Positions 39,533 to 48,423 of a stretch of 64,000 nt of DNA are shown piece by piece (the first letter of the stretch is position 1; the number at the start of each line of letters is the position of its first letter). The notes under the pieces were generated by a model, which was not told the DNA's origin, did not search any database, and saw only the letters and a list, made by a program, of their open reading frames with translations. Origin of the DNA: Actinomycetes bacterium (GTDB lineage Bacteria; Actinomycetota; UBA4738; HRBIN12). The stretch is taken from NCBI GenBank assembly GCA_021155985.1, contig JAJNBA010000005.1:61855-125854 (forward strand), given 5' to 3'. A program made the translations under genes and the position numbers.

Positions 39533-39859
39533 GTGACGCGCCGCACCTGGATGTTCGTTCTCGTCGTGGCGATCCTCGGGGCCGCCGTGGGGCTCGTGTA
39601 CGTGATCGTGTACGACCCGCTGTGCATGTATCCCGCCGGGATCCTGGATCCTGCCCCCGGCGGATGCGCGCATGATGAGATCTTCGGGTGGCAGCCGGGG
39701 TCGCTCGCGGTCCCCATATGGACGCTGATCGGGCTGGTGGGTGGTGGACTCGTCGGCTGGGTCGCAGCGGGGCCGATGACACCCATCCGCTGGCTGCTGA
39801 TCGGGTTCGTCGTCGTCGTTGGTGTGATCGCCTACTTCGCCTGGGTGTACACGGGGTGA
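39533..39859 (+). CDS. Hypothetical small membrane protein (~100-108 aa)
   Basis: C-terminal part of track ORF 38759..39859. GTG 39533 or ATG 39551 (MFVLVVAILGAAVGLVYVIV...). Three hydrophobic helices, high GC3. Confidence 0.45.
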   Translation: MTRRTWMFVLVVAILGAAVGLVYVIVYDPLCMYPAGILDPAPGGCAHDEIFGWQPGSLAVPIWTLIGLVGGGLVGWVAAGPMTPIRWLLIGFVVVVGVIAYFAWVYTG

Positions 39860-39932
39860 CAACATGAGGAGGCCTTCCCATCGTCCCCAAGCACGTCGGC
39901 GGCGAACGCAGGGTGTCCGGGATCGAACCGCG

Positions 39933-41147
39933 CTAGTGGGAGACGGCGGCGGCGGCGATCTCGGAGACGAGCTCTCGCTTCCAGAACCGCTCCAGCGCGA
40001 ACGGCGCGATCAGATCGGGGACCTGGTTGTCGGCGATGAGGTCGGCCATCGTGACGCCGACGATCGGTGTGGCTTTGAAGCCGTAGGTTCCCCAGCCGCC
40101 GTCGATCAGGAAGCCCTCCACGTCCGTGAGGCCCATGATCGGCGAGTAGTCGGGCGTCACGTCGCAGAGCCCTCCCCAGGCTCGCATGAGTTTCACCTTG
40201 CCGAGCATCGGGAGGAGCTCGAGGGAATGGGCCGCCGTGACCTCGAGGAAGTCGAGCGTCGACTCCTGCGAGTACGACGTGTAGGGCTCGATCTCCGAGC
40301 CGATCAACACCTCGCCCCGGTCGGTCTGCGAGATGTACACGTGCAGCGTGGCCGAGACCAGGATCACATCGAGGAAGGGCTTCAGCGGCTCCGTCACGAA
40401 CGCCTGCAGCGGGTGCGTGACGATCGGCGTCTCCACCCCCGCCATGCGGCAGACCTCGCTCGTCCATCCCGCCACCGCCGAGATGACGATGCCCGCGGCG
40501 ATGTCGCCCCGGTTCGTCCGGACGCCGGTGACGCGACCGTCGCGGACGTCGATGTCGGTCACGTCGGTGCCCTGATGGATGTGCACACCCATCCGGTCGG
40601 CCATCCGCGCGTACGCCCAGACGACGGCGTCGTGGCGGATCACGCCCCCCGGCGGGTGGTAGAGCGCGGCCATGATCGGGAAGTCGGGGTGGGTGGAGAG
40701 ATCGAGCTCCGGGCAGAGCTTCGCGATCTCGTCCGGGTAGATCACCCGCGAGTCCACGCCGAGGAGCCGGTTCACCTCTGCGCGCTCGTGCGCGACGATC
40801 ACGGCGCGCTCGGCATGGGCGAGGGTCAGGTGGCCCTCCTGGGAGAGCAGGAGGTTGTAATCCAGCTCCTGCGCGAGCTGCTCGTAGAGCCGGAGGGACT
40901 CCTTGTAGAAGGCCACGCCCTCCGGCGTTCGGTAGTTCGCCCGGACGATCGTCGTGTTGCGGCCGGACCCGCCGGCGCCGATGTAGCTCTTGTCGAGGAC
41001 CGCGACGTCGCGGATGCCGCGCTTCGCCAGCTCGTAGGCGATCGCGAGCCCGTGGGCGCCGCCGCCGACGATCACGACGTCGTAGGCATCCTTCATCTCG
41101 TGACGGCGCCACATCCGCCACGGCCTGAAGTACCGGATCGGGTGCAT
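39933..41147 (-). CDS. soxB: Heterotetrameric sarcosine oxidase beta subunit family (SoxB; could equally be N-methylglutamate dehydrogenase subunit)
   Basis: 404 aa from ATG 41147 (MHPIRYFRPWRMW...). FAD motif DVVIVGGGAHGLAIAYELA. ATGA overlap with the soxG stop. Confidence 0.85.
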   Translation of the reverse strand: MHPIRYFRPWRMWRRHEMKDAYDVVIVGGGAHGLAIAYELAKRGIRDVAVLDKSYIGAGGSGRNTTIVRANYRTPEGVAFYKESLRLYEQLAQELDYNLLLSQEGHLTLAHAERAVIVAHERAEVNRLLGVDSRVIYPDEIAKLCPELDLSTHPDFPIMAALYHPPGGVIRHDAVVWAYARMADRMGVHIHQGTDVTDIDVRDGRVTGVRTNRGDIAAGIVISAVAGWTSEVCRMAGVETPIVTHPLQAFVTEPLKPFLDVILVSATLHVYISQTDRGEVLIGSEIEPYTSYSQESTLDFLEVTAAHSLELLPMLGKVKLMRAWGGLCDVTPDYSPIMGLTDVEGFLIDGGWGTYGFKATPIVGVTMADLIADNQVPDLIAPFALERFWKRELVSEIAAAAVSH

Positions 41148-41773
41148 CAGCGCCAGCCTTCCGCTCGGAGGGCCTGCCACCCGGCCGGCGCGCCGCCGAG
41201 GCTCGTCACGATGCCCGAGAGCGTCTCCCACACGTACCGGCCGAACTCTGTGGCCACGAACACCTCGAGGAGGGGGAACGGGAGTTCGCGGCGGACCAGC
41301 AGCGCCCGGACCTCGGCGATCGGTGCGCCGGCCGCCGCGCCCGGCGGAAGGGTCGAGGGATCCCACGAAGTGGCACGCTGGACCACCTCCGGCAACGCCG
41401 GCCCGGCCAGCGCCACGCCGGCGAACAGGTGGGTCACGTCGGTCACCATCGCCCCGGCCCCGGCGACGGGTTCGATCGCCCGGATCAGCCTCCCTTCCGC
41501 GTCTGGCGCTCCGAGCAGCACCGCCCACTCCGCCGAGATCCGCGCGAGGACGGTGTCGGCCGGCGAGGGCAGCGCCTCCGGGATGCGGCCCCGGATGTCC
41601 ACCTTGGCGCGTGCCGTGATGTCCGCGATCGCCACGCGATCGCGGATCGCCGCGCGCTCCTCCGCGTGGTTCCCGTACGAGGCGGGGATCTCCCATCCCG
41701 CCTCCTCCACGAACACCGCCCCGCGGCGCGACGACAGCCGCGCCGCGGGTGAGCGCCGGATGGCCGTGCTCAC
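41147..41773 (-). CDS. soxG: Sarcosine oxidase gamma subunit family
   Basis: 208 aa from GTG 41773 (overlaps the soxA stop as GTGA). SoxG-like sequence ...VSTAIRRSPAARL...FGRYVWETL.... Confidence 0.7.
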   Translation of the reverse strand: MSTAIRRSPAARLSSRRGAVFVEEAGWEIPASYGNHAEERAAIRDRVAIADITARAKVDIRGRIPEALPSPADTVLARISAEWAVLLGAPDAEGRLIRAIEPVAGAGAMVTDVTHLFAGVALAGPALPEVVQRATSWDPSTLPPGAAAGAPIAEVRALLVRRELPFPLLEVFVATEFGRYVWETLSGIVTSLGGAPAGWQALRAEGWR

Positions 41774-44580
41774 GACCGGAGCCTCTCGCCGCGCGGGTCG
41801 TAGAACGGATCGATCCGGACCGTTCCGATCGTGTGGCTCCCGCCGAACTGGATCTCGAACGTGCTGCCGTCCGCGGCCCACTCCGCGGGCACCCACGCCA
41901 GCCCGACCACGCCACCGACGGCCTCGCTCCGCCTCGCCGAGGTGACCCGGCCGACCCACGCTCCCTCGCGCACCACGGACGCGCCTTCGGGCGGCAGCCA
42001 GCGCTCCGGCGCCGTGAACCCGACGAGCCGCTCGAGCGGGCCCCGCTCCTTCAAGTCGCGGAGCGACCGCAGACCGAGGAAGTCCTCCTTGTCGTCCTTC
42101 ACCATCCAGCCGAGCCCCGCCTCGTAGGGATCGGATTCGGCGTCCGTGTCCTGTCCCACGAGGATGTGCTGCTTCTCCAGGCGGAGGATCCGCTGGGCCT
42201 CCAGACCGAAGGCGACGATCCCGTGGGAGCGACCGGCCCCCATCACGGCGTCCCACAGGTGCTCGCCGTAGGCGGACGGGAAGTGGATCTCGTAGCCCGT
42301 CTCCCCCACGAAGCCGATCCGCAGCACCAGCGAAGGCACGTCCGCCACCGCCATCCTGGTCGCGGTCATGTACGGCATCGCCGACCCGGAGACGTCCGCG
42401 TCCGTGAGCGAGGTCATCACGTCGCGGGCTCGGGGCCCGGCCAGGTTGACGGCCCCGTAGGCCCCCGTCACGTTCAGGATGAGCGCGTCGAGGCCCCAGT
42501 CCGCGTTCCACCAGGTGATCCATCGTTCCAGCGCGGCCGTGTTCCCCGTCGTCACCGTGACGAAGAACTCATCGTCGGCCAGGCGAACGACGGCTCCGTC
42601 GTCGAGGATGACTCCCTCGTCGTTGAGCATCACGCCGTACCGGACCCGTCCCACGGCGAGGTCCGAGAACCGGTTCGGGTAGAGCCGTTCGAGGAGCTCG
42701 ACCGACTCGGGGCCTTTGATCCGGAACGTGCCGAGGGTGCTCACGTCGATCAGGCCGACTCGGTTTCGGACGGCGGCGACCTCCGCTTCGGGGGTCGTGT
42801 AGTGGTGAGGACGTCGCCAGTCCCCGGCCCACATGAACTCCGCGCCCGCGGCGACGTGCCGGTCGTGCATCGTCGTCTCCTTGCGCGGGGTGAGCCGGGC
42901 GCCGGCCAGCGTGCCCATCTCCACCGGTACCCACGGCGGCCGCGACGTGGTGGGCGACGTCTCGGCGAAGGACCGGCCCGTGATTGCGCCGCAGAGTCGT
43001 TGCGACGAGGCCATGCACGCCTTCCCCTGACAGGGGCCCATCGTGATCGTCGTGTAGCGCTTGAGGAGCTCCATCGAGTCGAACCCCTCGGCCGCGGCCG
43101 TCGTGAGCTCCTTCGCGGTCACGTCCATGCAGACGCAGGCGAACTGTTTCCCGGACGCCGCCGATGCCTCCGGCGGTAGGACGATCGGGTCTCCGGATCG
43201 AGCGGCCTCGCTCCGGAGTGCCGCGATCGACGCCGCGTCCACCGGGTGTCCCGATCCCGCCGCTGCCTCGAGACCCGCGAGCCTTCCTTGCGCCACGGAG
43301 GCCTCCGGAGAGCGGGCCCCCGCCACCGCCCCCACGGCCCACATGCGATCGGGCATCTCGTCCGGGAGGAAGGCCTGCAACGTCTCATCGAAGACCAAGC
43401 GCGCTCCGGCCTGCGCGAGGAGGTTCGTGGACGGCGTCTGCACGCAGGCGTTCACGACGAGATCGCAGGAGACCTTCTGCCCCGACGTCGCGCCGACGGT
43501 GCCGACGGACACGGCGCTCACCCGCCGCCGCCCGTGCGCGGACAGGATCGTGGCTCCGGCGAACACCGGGAACCCCTCCGGCCAGCCACCGTCGGAGCGG
43601 AGATCGACGACCGTCACCTCCGCTCCGGCGTCCTTCAGGGCCCAGGCGGTCGAGTAGCCGACGTTGTCGCCGGTGAGGACCACCGCCCGCCGGCCGGGGA
43701 GCACGCCGTAGCGGTGGAGCAGCAGATGCACGGCGGACGAGAGCATCACGCCGGGAAGGTCGTTGCCGGGGAACACCGCGGATCCCTCGACCGCCCCCGT
43801 GGCGAAGATCACGTGTTGGGCGCGGATCCGATACAGGGCGTCCGGCCCCGACGCCCCGATCAGCCCGCCACCGAAGACCCCGAACGCCGCCGTCTCCGCC
43901 AGGAACCGTGCTCTTGACCCGAGGGCTTCCCGCGCGAGCGCCGATCGGAGGGTGCTGCTCGCTTCCCCCAGGAGGTGGCCGCCGGCCTCGCGGCCCTGGT
44001 CGAGCAGGACGACCGATGCCCCCGCCTTCGCGGCCTCGGCCGTGGCCGCGAGGCCGGCCGCCCCGGCACCGATCACGAGGACGTCGGGGTGCAGGTTGAT
44101 CCGCCGGCGCCGCCGGTGATCGGGCTCCTGGGGCACCCTGCCCAGCCCGGCCTTCGAACGGATGTAGGGCTCCACGAGGGGCCATGCCCAGTGAGGGTGC
44201 TGGAAGATCTTGTAGTAGAAGCCCGGCGGCATCATGAACGAGAACGTGTTCAGCCATCCGTGGATGTCCCGGTCGGCGGAGGGCCATGCGTTCTGGCGTT
44301 CGACCCGCATGCCTTCCCGCGCGGGCTCGGTACAGGCGCGCACGTTGGGGATCCCGTCGATCTGCATCAGGCAGTTCGGGCACGAACCCGTCATGCACGA
44401 CAGCCCGCGGGGCCGGTGGTACTTGAACGACCGACCCGTGATCGTGACGCCCGCCGCCGCCAGCGCCGATCCCACGGTGTCCCCTTCGAACGCGGCGATC
44501 GTCCTGCGCTCGAGCCGGAACCTGATCCGCCGGTCGCGCCGGATCGCTTCGCCCTGACGCGCCGGGAGACGTTCGCTCAC
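41770..44580 (-). CDS. soxA: Sarcosine oxidase alpha subunit family
   Basis: 936 aa from GTG 44580 (GTGA overlap with the soxD stop). GDTVGSALAAAGV...SFKYHRPRG, NAD/FAD dinucleotide fold VLVIGAGAAGLAA, C-terminal folate-binding GcvT-like domain. Confidence 0.85.
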   Translation of the reverse strand: MSERLPARQGEAIRRDRRIRFRLERRTIAAFEGDTVGSALAAAGVTITGRSFKYHRPRGLSCMTGSCPNCLMQIDGIPNVRACTEPAREGMRVERQNAWPSADRDIHGWLNTFSFMMPPGFYYKIFQHPHWAWPLVEPYIRSKAGLGRVPQEPDHRRRRRINLHPDVLVIGAGAAGLAATAEAAKAGASVVLLDQGREAGGHLLGEASSTLRSALAREALGSRARFLAETAAFGVFGGGLIGASGPDALYRIRAQHVIFATGAVEGSAVFPGNDLPGVMLSSAVHLLLHRYGVLPGRRAVVLTGDNVGYSTAWALKDAGAEVTVVDLRSDGGWPEGFPVFAGATILSAHGRRRVSAVSVGTVGATSGQKVSCDLVVNACVQTPSTNLLAQAGARLVFDETLQAFLPDEMPDRMWAVGAVAGARSPEASVAQGRLAGLEAAAGSGHPVDAASIAALRSEAARSGDPIVLPPEASAASGKQFACVCMDVTAKELTTAAAEGFDSMELLKRYTTITMGPCQGKACMASSQRLCGAITGRSFAETSPTTSRPPWVPVEMGTLAGARLTPRKETTMHDRHVAAGAEFMWAGDWRRPHHYTTPEAEVAAVRNRVGLIDVSTLGTFRIKGPESVELLERLYPNRFSDLAVGRVRYGVMLNDEGVILDDGAVVRLADDEFFVTVTTGNTAALERWITWWNADWGLDALILNVTGAYGAVNLAGPRARDVMTSLTDADVSGSAMPYMTATRMAVADVPSLVLRIGFVGETGYEIHFPSAYGEHLWDAVMGAGRSHGIVAFGLEAQRILRLEKQHILVGQDTDAESDPYEAGLGWMVKDDKEDFLGLRSLRDLKERGPLERLVGFTAPERWLPPEGASVVREGAWVGRVTSARRSEAVGGVVGLAWVPAEWAADGSTFEIQFGGSHTIGTVRIDPFYDPRGERLRS

Positions 44581-44867
44581 GCGGGCGCGGCCTCCTGCTC
44601 CTCGTCCCGCGGGCGGTCCTGCGGCCGGTACGTCCGCCGGATCTCGTTCGTCGTCGTGTGCCGCTCCGCCAGGAACCACGCCCGACAGCCACTCTGGTGC
44701 ACCCACCACTCGGTCTGCCAACCGTTCACGTTCCGGCGGAAGTACAGGGCGGCGGCCAGTTCCCGGTCGGTCGCCGACGGGCTCGCGCGGCGGGTGGTCT
44801 CGCCGCCGAAGGAGAACTCGAGGGCCTCGCGCGGCCCGCAGTTCGGACACGTGATCAGGAAGGTCAC
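44577..44867 (-). CDS. soxD: Sarcosine oxidase delta subunit family
   Basis: 96 aa (track ORF 44577..44867), GTG start. MTFLITCPNCGPREALEFSFGGE...WQTEWWVHQSGCRAWF matches the SoxD zinc-binding fold. Confidence 0.8.
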   Translation of the reverse strand: MTFLITCPNCGPREALEFSFGGETTRRASPSATDRELAAALYFRRNVNGWQTEWWVHQSGCRAWFLAERHTTTNEIRRTYRPQDRPRDEEQEAAPA

Positions 44868-45222
44868 CCCGCTCCTCCGATCCCGGCCTCGTCCGAGCGC
44901 CGAGGACGCGCGTGAGACTATCGCGTCGCCACCTGGGCATGTACAACAGCCACCAGCCTGCCATCGCGATCAGCGCCAGCGGGAACAGAGGCCGGTCGGT
45001 GAGCGTCGCAAGCAGCACGACACCGAGCCCGATCGCGCTCCCCAGCACCATCGCCTGGATCCGGAATCCGCGCATGTCGCGCATCACGCCTTCATATTCC
45101 TCGGCGGGGATCTGACTCGTGTCCCATCGACGTCCACACGAAGGGCACGTCCAGGTTTCGCCGTACGGGATCCGCTCTACGGCCGTGCAGTCGCACGTCA
45201 CGGTGATCGGTGGACCCTTCAC
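44868..45222 (-). CDS. Possible zinc-ribbon / two-TM small protein whose frame has no stop before running into soxD (frameshift or artefact)
   Basis: First ~118 codons of track ORF 41770..45222: MKGPPITVTCDCTAVERIPYGETWTCPSCGRRWD... then two hydrophobic helices. High GC3 up to exactly the soxD start, after which the frame turns Arg/Pro-rich. Confidence 0.3.
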
Positions 45223-45371
45223 GTCGCGGATGGTACACGCCCCTTCTCACATGCCGTTCGGCGCAACCCGCTCAGATTGAACGCCTCGGTCACGTCGTGC
45301 TATACCGCCGCCAGCGGTTCCGGCGGCGCTCGGGGCCGGGAGGCCGAGCTTCCGGAAAGGGAGGGGGTCAA

Positions 45372-46895
45372 GTGGCTGAGGTCACGGCGCAGGCGACGAT
45401 CGAGGAACGCCAGCTCCTGAAGTCGCTCAACTGGTGGGACGGGTTCGTGATCGCCCTGTGCAATCCGGGGTTCCTGATCGCCTCCCTGGGCTTCACGCTG
45501 GCCACCGTGGGGGCGTTGGGCTCCGTGGTGCTGTGGGGTATCTCCGCGGTGGTGGGACTGCTGCAGAACTGGATCTACTCCGAGACCGCCGCGATGTTCC
45601 CCGACAAACCGGGCGGGATCGCGCTGTACGCACACGAGGGCTGGCGGAGGTACTTCAATCTCATCGGTCCGATCTCGGCATTCGGGTACTGGATCGGCTG
45701 GTCCGTCGTGCTGTCCATCTTCGGCAACCTGATCGGATCGCTCGTGGTGGCCGAGTGGCTCCCGAACTCGGTCGACACCGTGTTCTTCACCTCACCCTTC
45801 GACGTCGCGATCGGTCCCGCGAACCTGATCGGGATCGGGATCGTCGTCGCCGTCTGGCTCTTCAACATCTTCGGGGTCAAGCCCTCCCTCGCCGTCGGCT
45901 ACGTGACCGGCGTGCTCCTGATGATCCCGCTCGCGATCTTCATCGTGGTCCCCTACTTCACCGGGGACTGGCTGAGCTCGAACGTCACGTTCGAGGATGT
46001 CGCGTCGAACGGCGAGTTCAGCCTGTTCGGGATCTCGATGATGTGGTTGTTCATCATGTGCTGGTCCGCGTACGGGATCGAGGTGTCGGCGAGCTTCGCC
46101 CCGGAGTTCCACGACACGAAGCGTGACACGGCCCTGGCGCTCAGGTCGGCCGCCGCGTTCTCGCTGGCCGTGTACATCCTGCTCCCGTTGGGCCTCGGCG
46201 GCGTGGTAGGCACGGCGGGTGACTCGGGCGCGTACTACGTCGAGGCGTTCAAGTCGATCGTGGGGAACACGCTGGGCGGCCTCGCGATCGTGTCGCTGCT
46301 CGCGAGCCTGATCCTCTCGATGAACTCCGCGACGGCCGACGGCGGACGTGCCCTCTACGGGATCGCTCGCGACGACATGACGATCAAGTGGCTGTACCAC
46401 CTGAACAAGTACCACGTGCCCGCTCGCGGGATGACCGTGGATATGGTGGTGAACGTCGGGTTGATCCTGCTCCTGGGGGCGAGCAACCTCGCCATCCTGT
46501 ACATGTCGAACATCGGCTACGTGCTGGCGCACGTGTTCGCGCTCTCCGGGTTCCTGCTGCTACGGCGAGACCGCCCCGACTGGCCGAGGCCGATCAAGGT
46601 GAACCCGGTCTGGGTCGGGCTGGCGTGGCTCCTCGCCGCGTTCAATCTCATCCTGGTGCTCTTCGGCGTGACGCAGAGCGACCTGGCTGCGTTCGTCGGG
46701 TTCTACGAGTTCGCGGGCGCGCCCTTGTACATCGGATTGGGCGTCCTGATCCTGTCGGTCCTGCTGTTCTTCTACCGGCGGGTGGTCGAGGATCGGAAGC
46801 CCATCACGTTCCGGGATCTGGACGTTCCCACCATGCCCAACGAGGACCAGATGCGGATGCTCCGTGAGGAGGTTATGCCCGATCGACCCTCGTAA
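45372..46895 (+). CDS. APC-superfamily amino acid/amine permease
   Basis: About 507 aa from GTG 45372, which is in frame with track ORF 45210..46895, with a GGGAGGGGG Shine-Dalgarno. Twelve TM helices and APC family features. Confidence 0.8.
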   Translation: MAEVTAQATIEERQLLKSLNWWDGFVIALCNPGFLIASLGFTLATVGALGSVVLWGISAVVGLLQNWIYSETAAMFPDKPGGIALYAHEGWRRYFNLIGPISAFGYWIGWSVVLSIFGNLIGSLVVAEWLPNSVDTVFFTSPFDVAIGPANLIGIGIVVAVWLFNIFGVKPSLAVGYVTGVLLMIPLAIFIVVPYFTGDWLSSNVTFEDVASNGEFSLFGISMMWLFIMCWSAYGIEVSASFAPEFHDTKRDTALALRSAAAFSLAVYILLPLGLGGVVGTAGDSGAYYVEAFKSIVGNTLGGLAIVSLLASLILSMNSATADGGRALYGIARDDMTIKWLYHLNKYHVPARGMTVDMVVNVGLILLLGASNLAILYMSNIGYVLAHVFALSGFLLLRRDRPDWPRPIKVNPVWVGLAWLLAAFNLILVLFGVTQSDLAAFVGFYEFAGAPLYIGLGVLILSVLLFFYRRVVEDRKPITFRDLDVPTMPNEDQMRMLREEVMPDRPS

Positions 46896-46917
46896 CGATC
46901 CGTGATCCACCGGAGGA

Positions 46918-46947
46918 GGGGGCGCTCAGCCGCCCCCTTCTTCGTCC
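46918..46947 (+). terminator. Putative intrinsic terminator after the permease gene
   Basis: GGGGGCG-CUCAGC-CGCCCCC perfect 7-bp GC stem followed by UUCUUCGU. Confidence 0.45.
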
Positions 46948-47014
46948 CCGGAGCCCGGCGTTGCCCGCTCCGCGAGCCGCGCTAGCATGAGGCGGTTCCC
47001 GTCAGGAGGTCGAG

Positions 47015-48418
47015 ATGACAGACAAGATGTGGGGTGGCGAGCCGTTCTGGGGCCTCGGATACGACTGGGATCCCGATTGGGTCTACACGGACAAGCAGAA
47101 GGAGCTGCGCGCCACCCTGATCGAGCTCTGCGAGAAGGAGCTCCGCGCCAACGCCAAGCGCTTCGACGACGAGCTGATGTTCCCCCGTCGCAACCTGGAG
47201 CTTCTCGGCGAGCACGGCTTCCTCGCGCTGACGGTGCCGGAGGGATACGGAGGCCTGGGCGAGAACCACGTCGCCTACTCGATGGTCTGCGAGACGATCG
47301 CGCGGTACGGCTGCGCGTCGACCGCGATGTGCTACGTGATGCACATGGGCGCGGTGAACGCGATCATGCTGCGCGCCACCCCCGAGCTGATCGACAAGTA
47401 CATCCGACCACTCAACTCCGGCAAGATCGGCACGCTCTCCTACTCCGACCCCGAGACGGGCTCGCACTTCTGGTACCCGATCTCCTCCGGCGCCGAGCGC
47501 TCGAACGGCGGCTTCAAGGTTCGGAAGAAGGCATCGTGGACCACGTCGGGGGGCTTCGCCGACTTCTACGTCGTGCAGACCACCAGCCCGGATTTCTCCG
47601 GCTACGACGACCTGTCGGTCTTCGTCGTCGACGGCGAGCACATCCAGGCGCAGCCGTCGCTGTGGGATGCGCTCGGGCTCCGGGGCAACCAGTCGGGGCC
47701 GATCGAGATCGACAACATCGAGATCCCGGCGGAGCAGCTCGTCGGCCCGACCGGCGACGGCGCGAACTCGAACGACGAGTCCGTGGACCCCTGGTTCCTG
47801 GTGGGCTCCGCGTCGGTGTGGAACGGCCTGGCCCTCGGAGCGATCGACATCGCGAAACGCCACACCACGCGCAAGAAGCACGTCGATGTCGGACTGCGGG
47901 TGGCGGACTACCCGACCATCCAGGACTACGTCGGCGAGGCGGTGATGGACACGAACGCCTCGCGGCTGTTCACGCTGTCCGTCGCCCAAGCGATGGACGG
48001 CGCCACGGAGAACAACACGGTGAACCCCGGCCCGGGTGAGCTGGCCCGTGGGAACTTCCTCCACTGGGCGTGGCAGATCAAGTTCGAGGCGGCGAAGAAC
48101 ACCGCGCACGTCGTCGACAAGATGCTCCACGCCTGCGGGGGCTCCGGCTACAAGCGCGACATGGAGCTCGAGCGCTACCTCCGGGACGCGAAGGCCGGCT
48201 GGGTGATGGGCCCGACGAACGAGGTGCTCCGCCAGTTCGTCGGCAAGGCCGTGCTGCTGGGTTTCGACTCCCTCGACTACTGGAACCAGTCCTACAATCG
48301 ACGGGCCGTGGAGAACGAGGTCAAGAAACTCGACGCCGCCGGCAAGCGGGAGCTCGCCGAGCAGCTGTTCAAGGAGGCCGACGAGCAGGCGTCGAAGGAA
48401 CCGGCGGCCAAGGGCTGA
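47015..48418 (+). CDS. Acyl-CoA dehydrogenase family protein
   Basis: 467 aa. ACAD three-domain pattern (N-terminal helical, middle beta, C-terminal helical; ...YKRDMELERYLRDAK). GGAGG Shine-Dalgarno. Confidence 0.8.
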   Translation: MTDKMWGGEPFWGLGYDWDPDWVYTDKQKELRATLIELCEKELRANAKRFDDELMFPRRNLELLGEHGFLALTVPEGYGGLGENHVAYSMVCETIARYGCASTAMCYVMHMGAVNAIMLRATPELIDKYIRPLNSGKIGTLSYSDPETGSHFWYPISSGAERSNGGFKVRKKASWTTSGGFADFYVVQTTSPDFSGYDDLSVFVVDGEHIQAQPSLWDALGLRGNQSGPIEIDNIEIPAEQLVGPTGDGANSNDESVDPWFLVGSASVWNGLALGAIDIAKRHTTRKKHVDVGLRVADYPTIQDYVGEAVMDTNASRLFTLSVAQAMDGATENNTVNPGPGELARGNFLHWAWQIKFEAAKNTAHVVDKMLHACGGSGYKRDMELERYLRDAKAGWVMGPTNEVLRQFVGKAVLLGFDSLDYWNQSYNRRAVENEVKKLDAAGKRELAEQLFKEADEQASKEPAAKG

Positions 48419-48423
48419 GGCCG

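Noticed and set aside
39905-39932. Minus-strand GGTTCGATCCCGG motif resembling a tRNA T-arm just past the soxB stop.
   Set aside because: Only the T-loop-like heptamer is present; the stem pairs poorly (3 bp). A complete tRNA would have to overlap the soxB coding end, and no acceptor/CCA context is visible. Treated as coincidence or, at most, an old tRNA 3'-end remnant.
39864-41945. 693-aa plus-strand ORF over soxB/soxG.
   Set aside because: Antisense shadow with R/D/G-rich translation.
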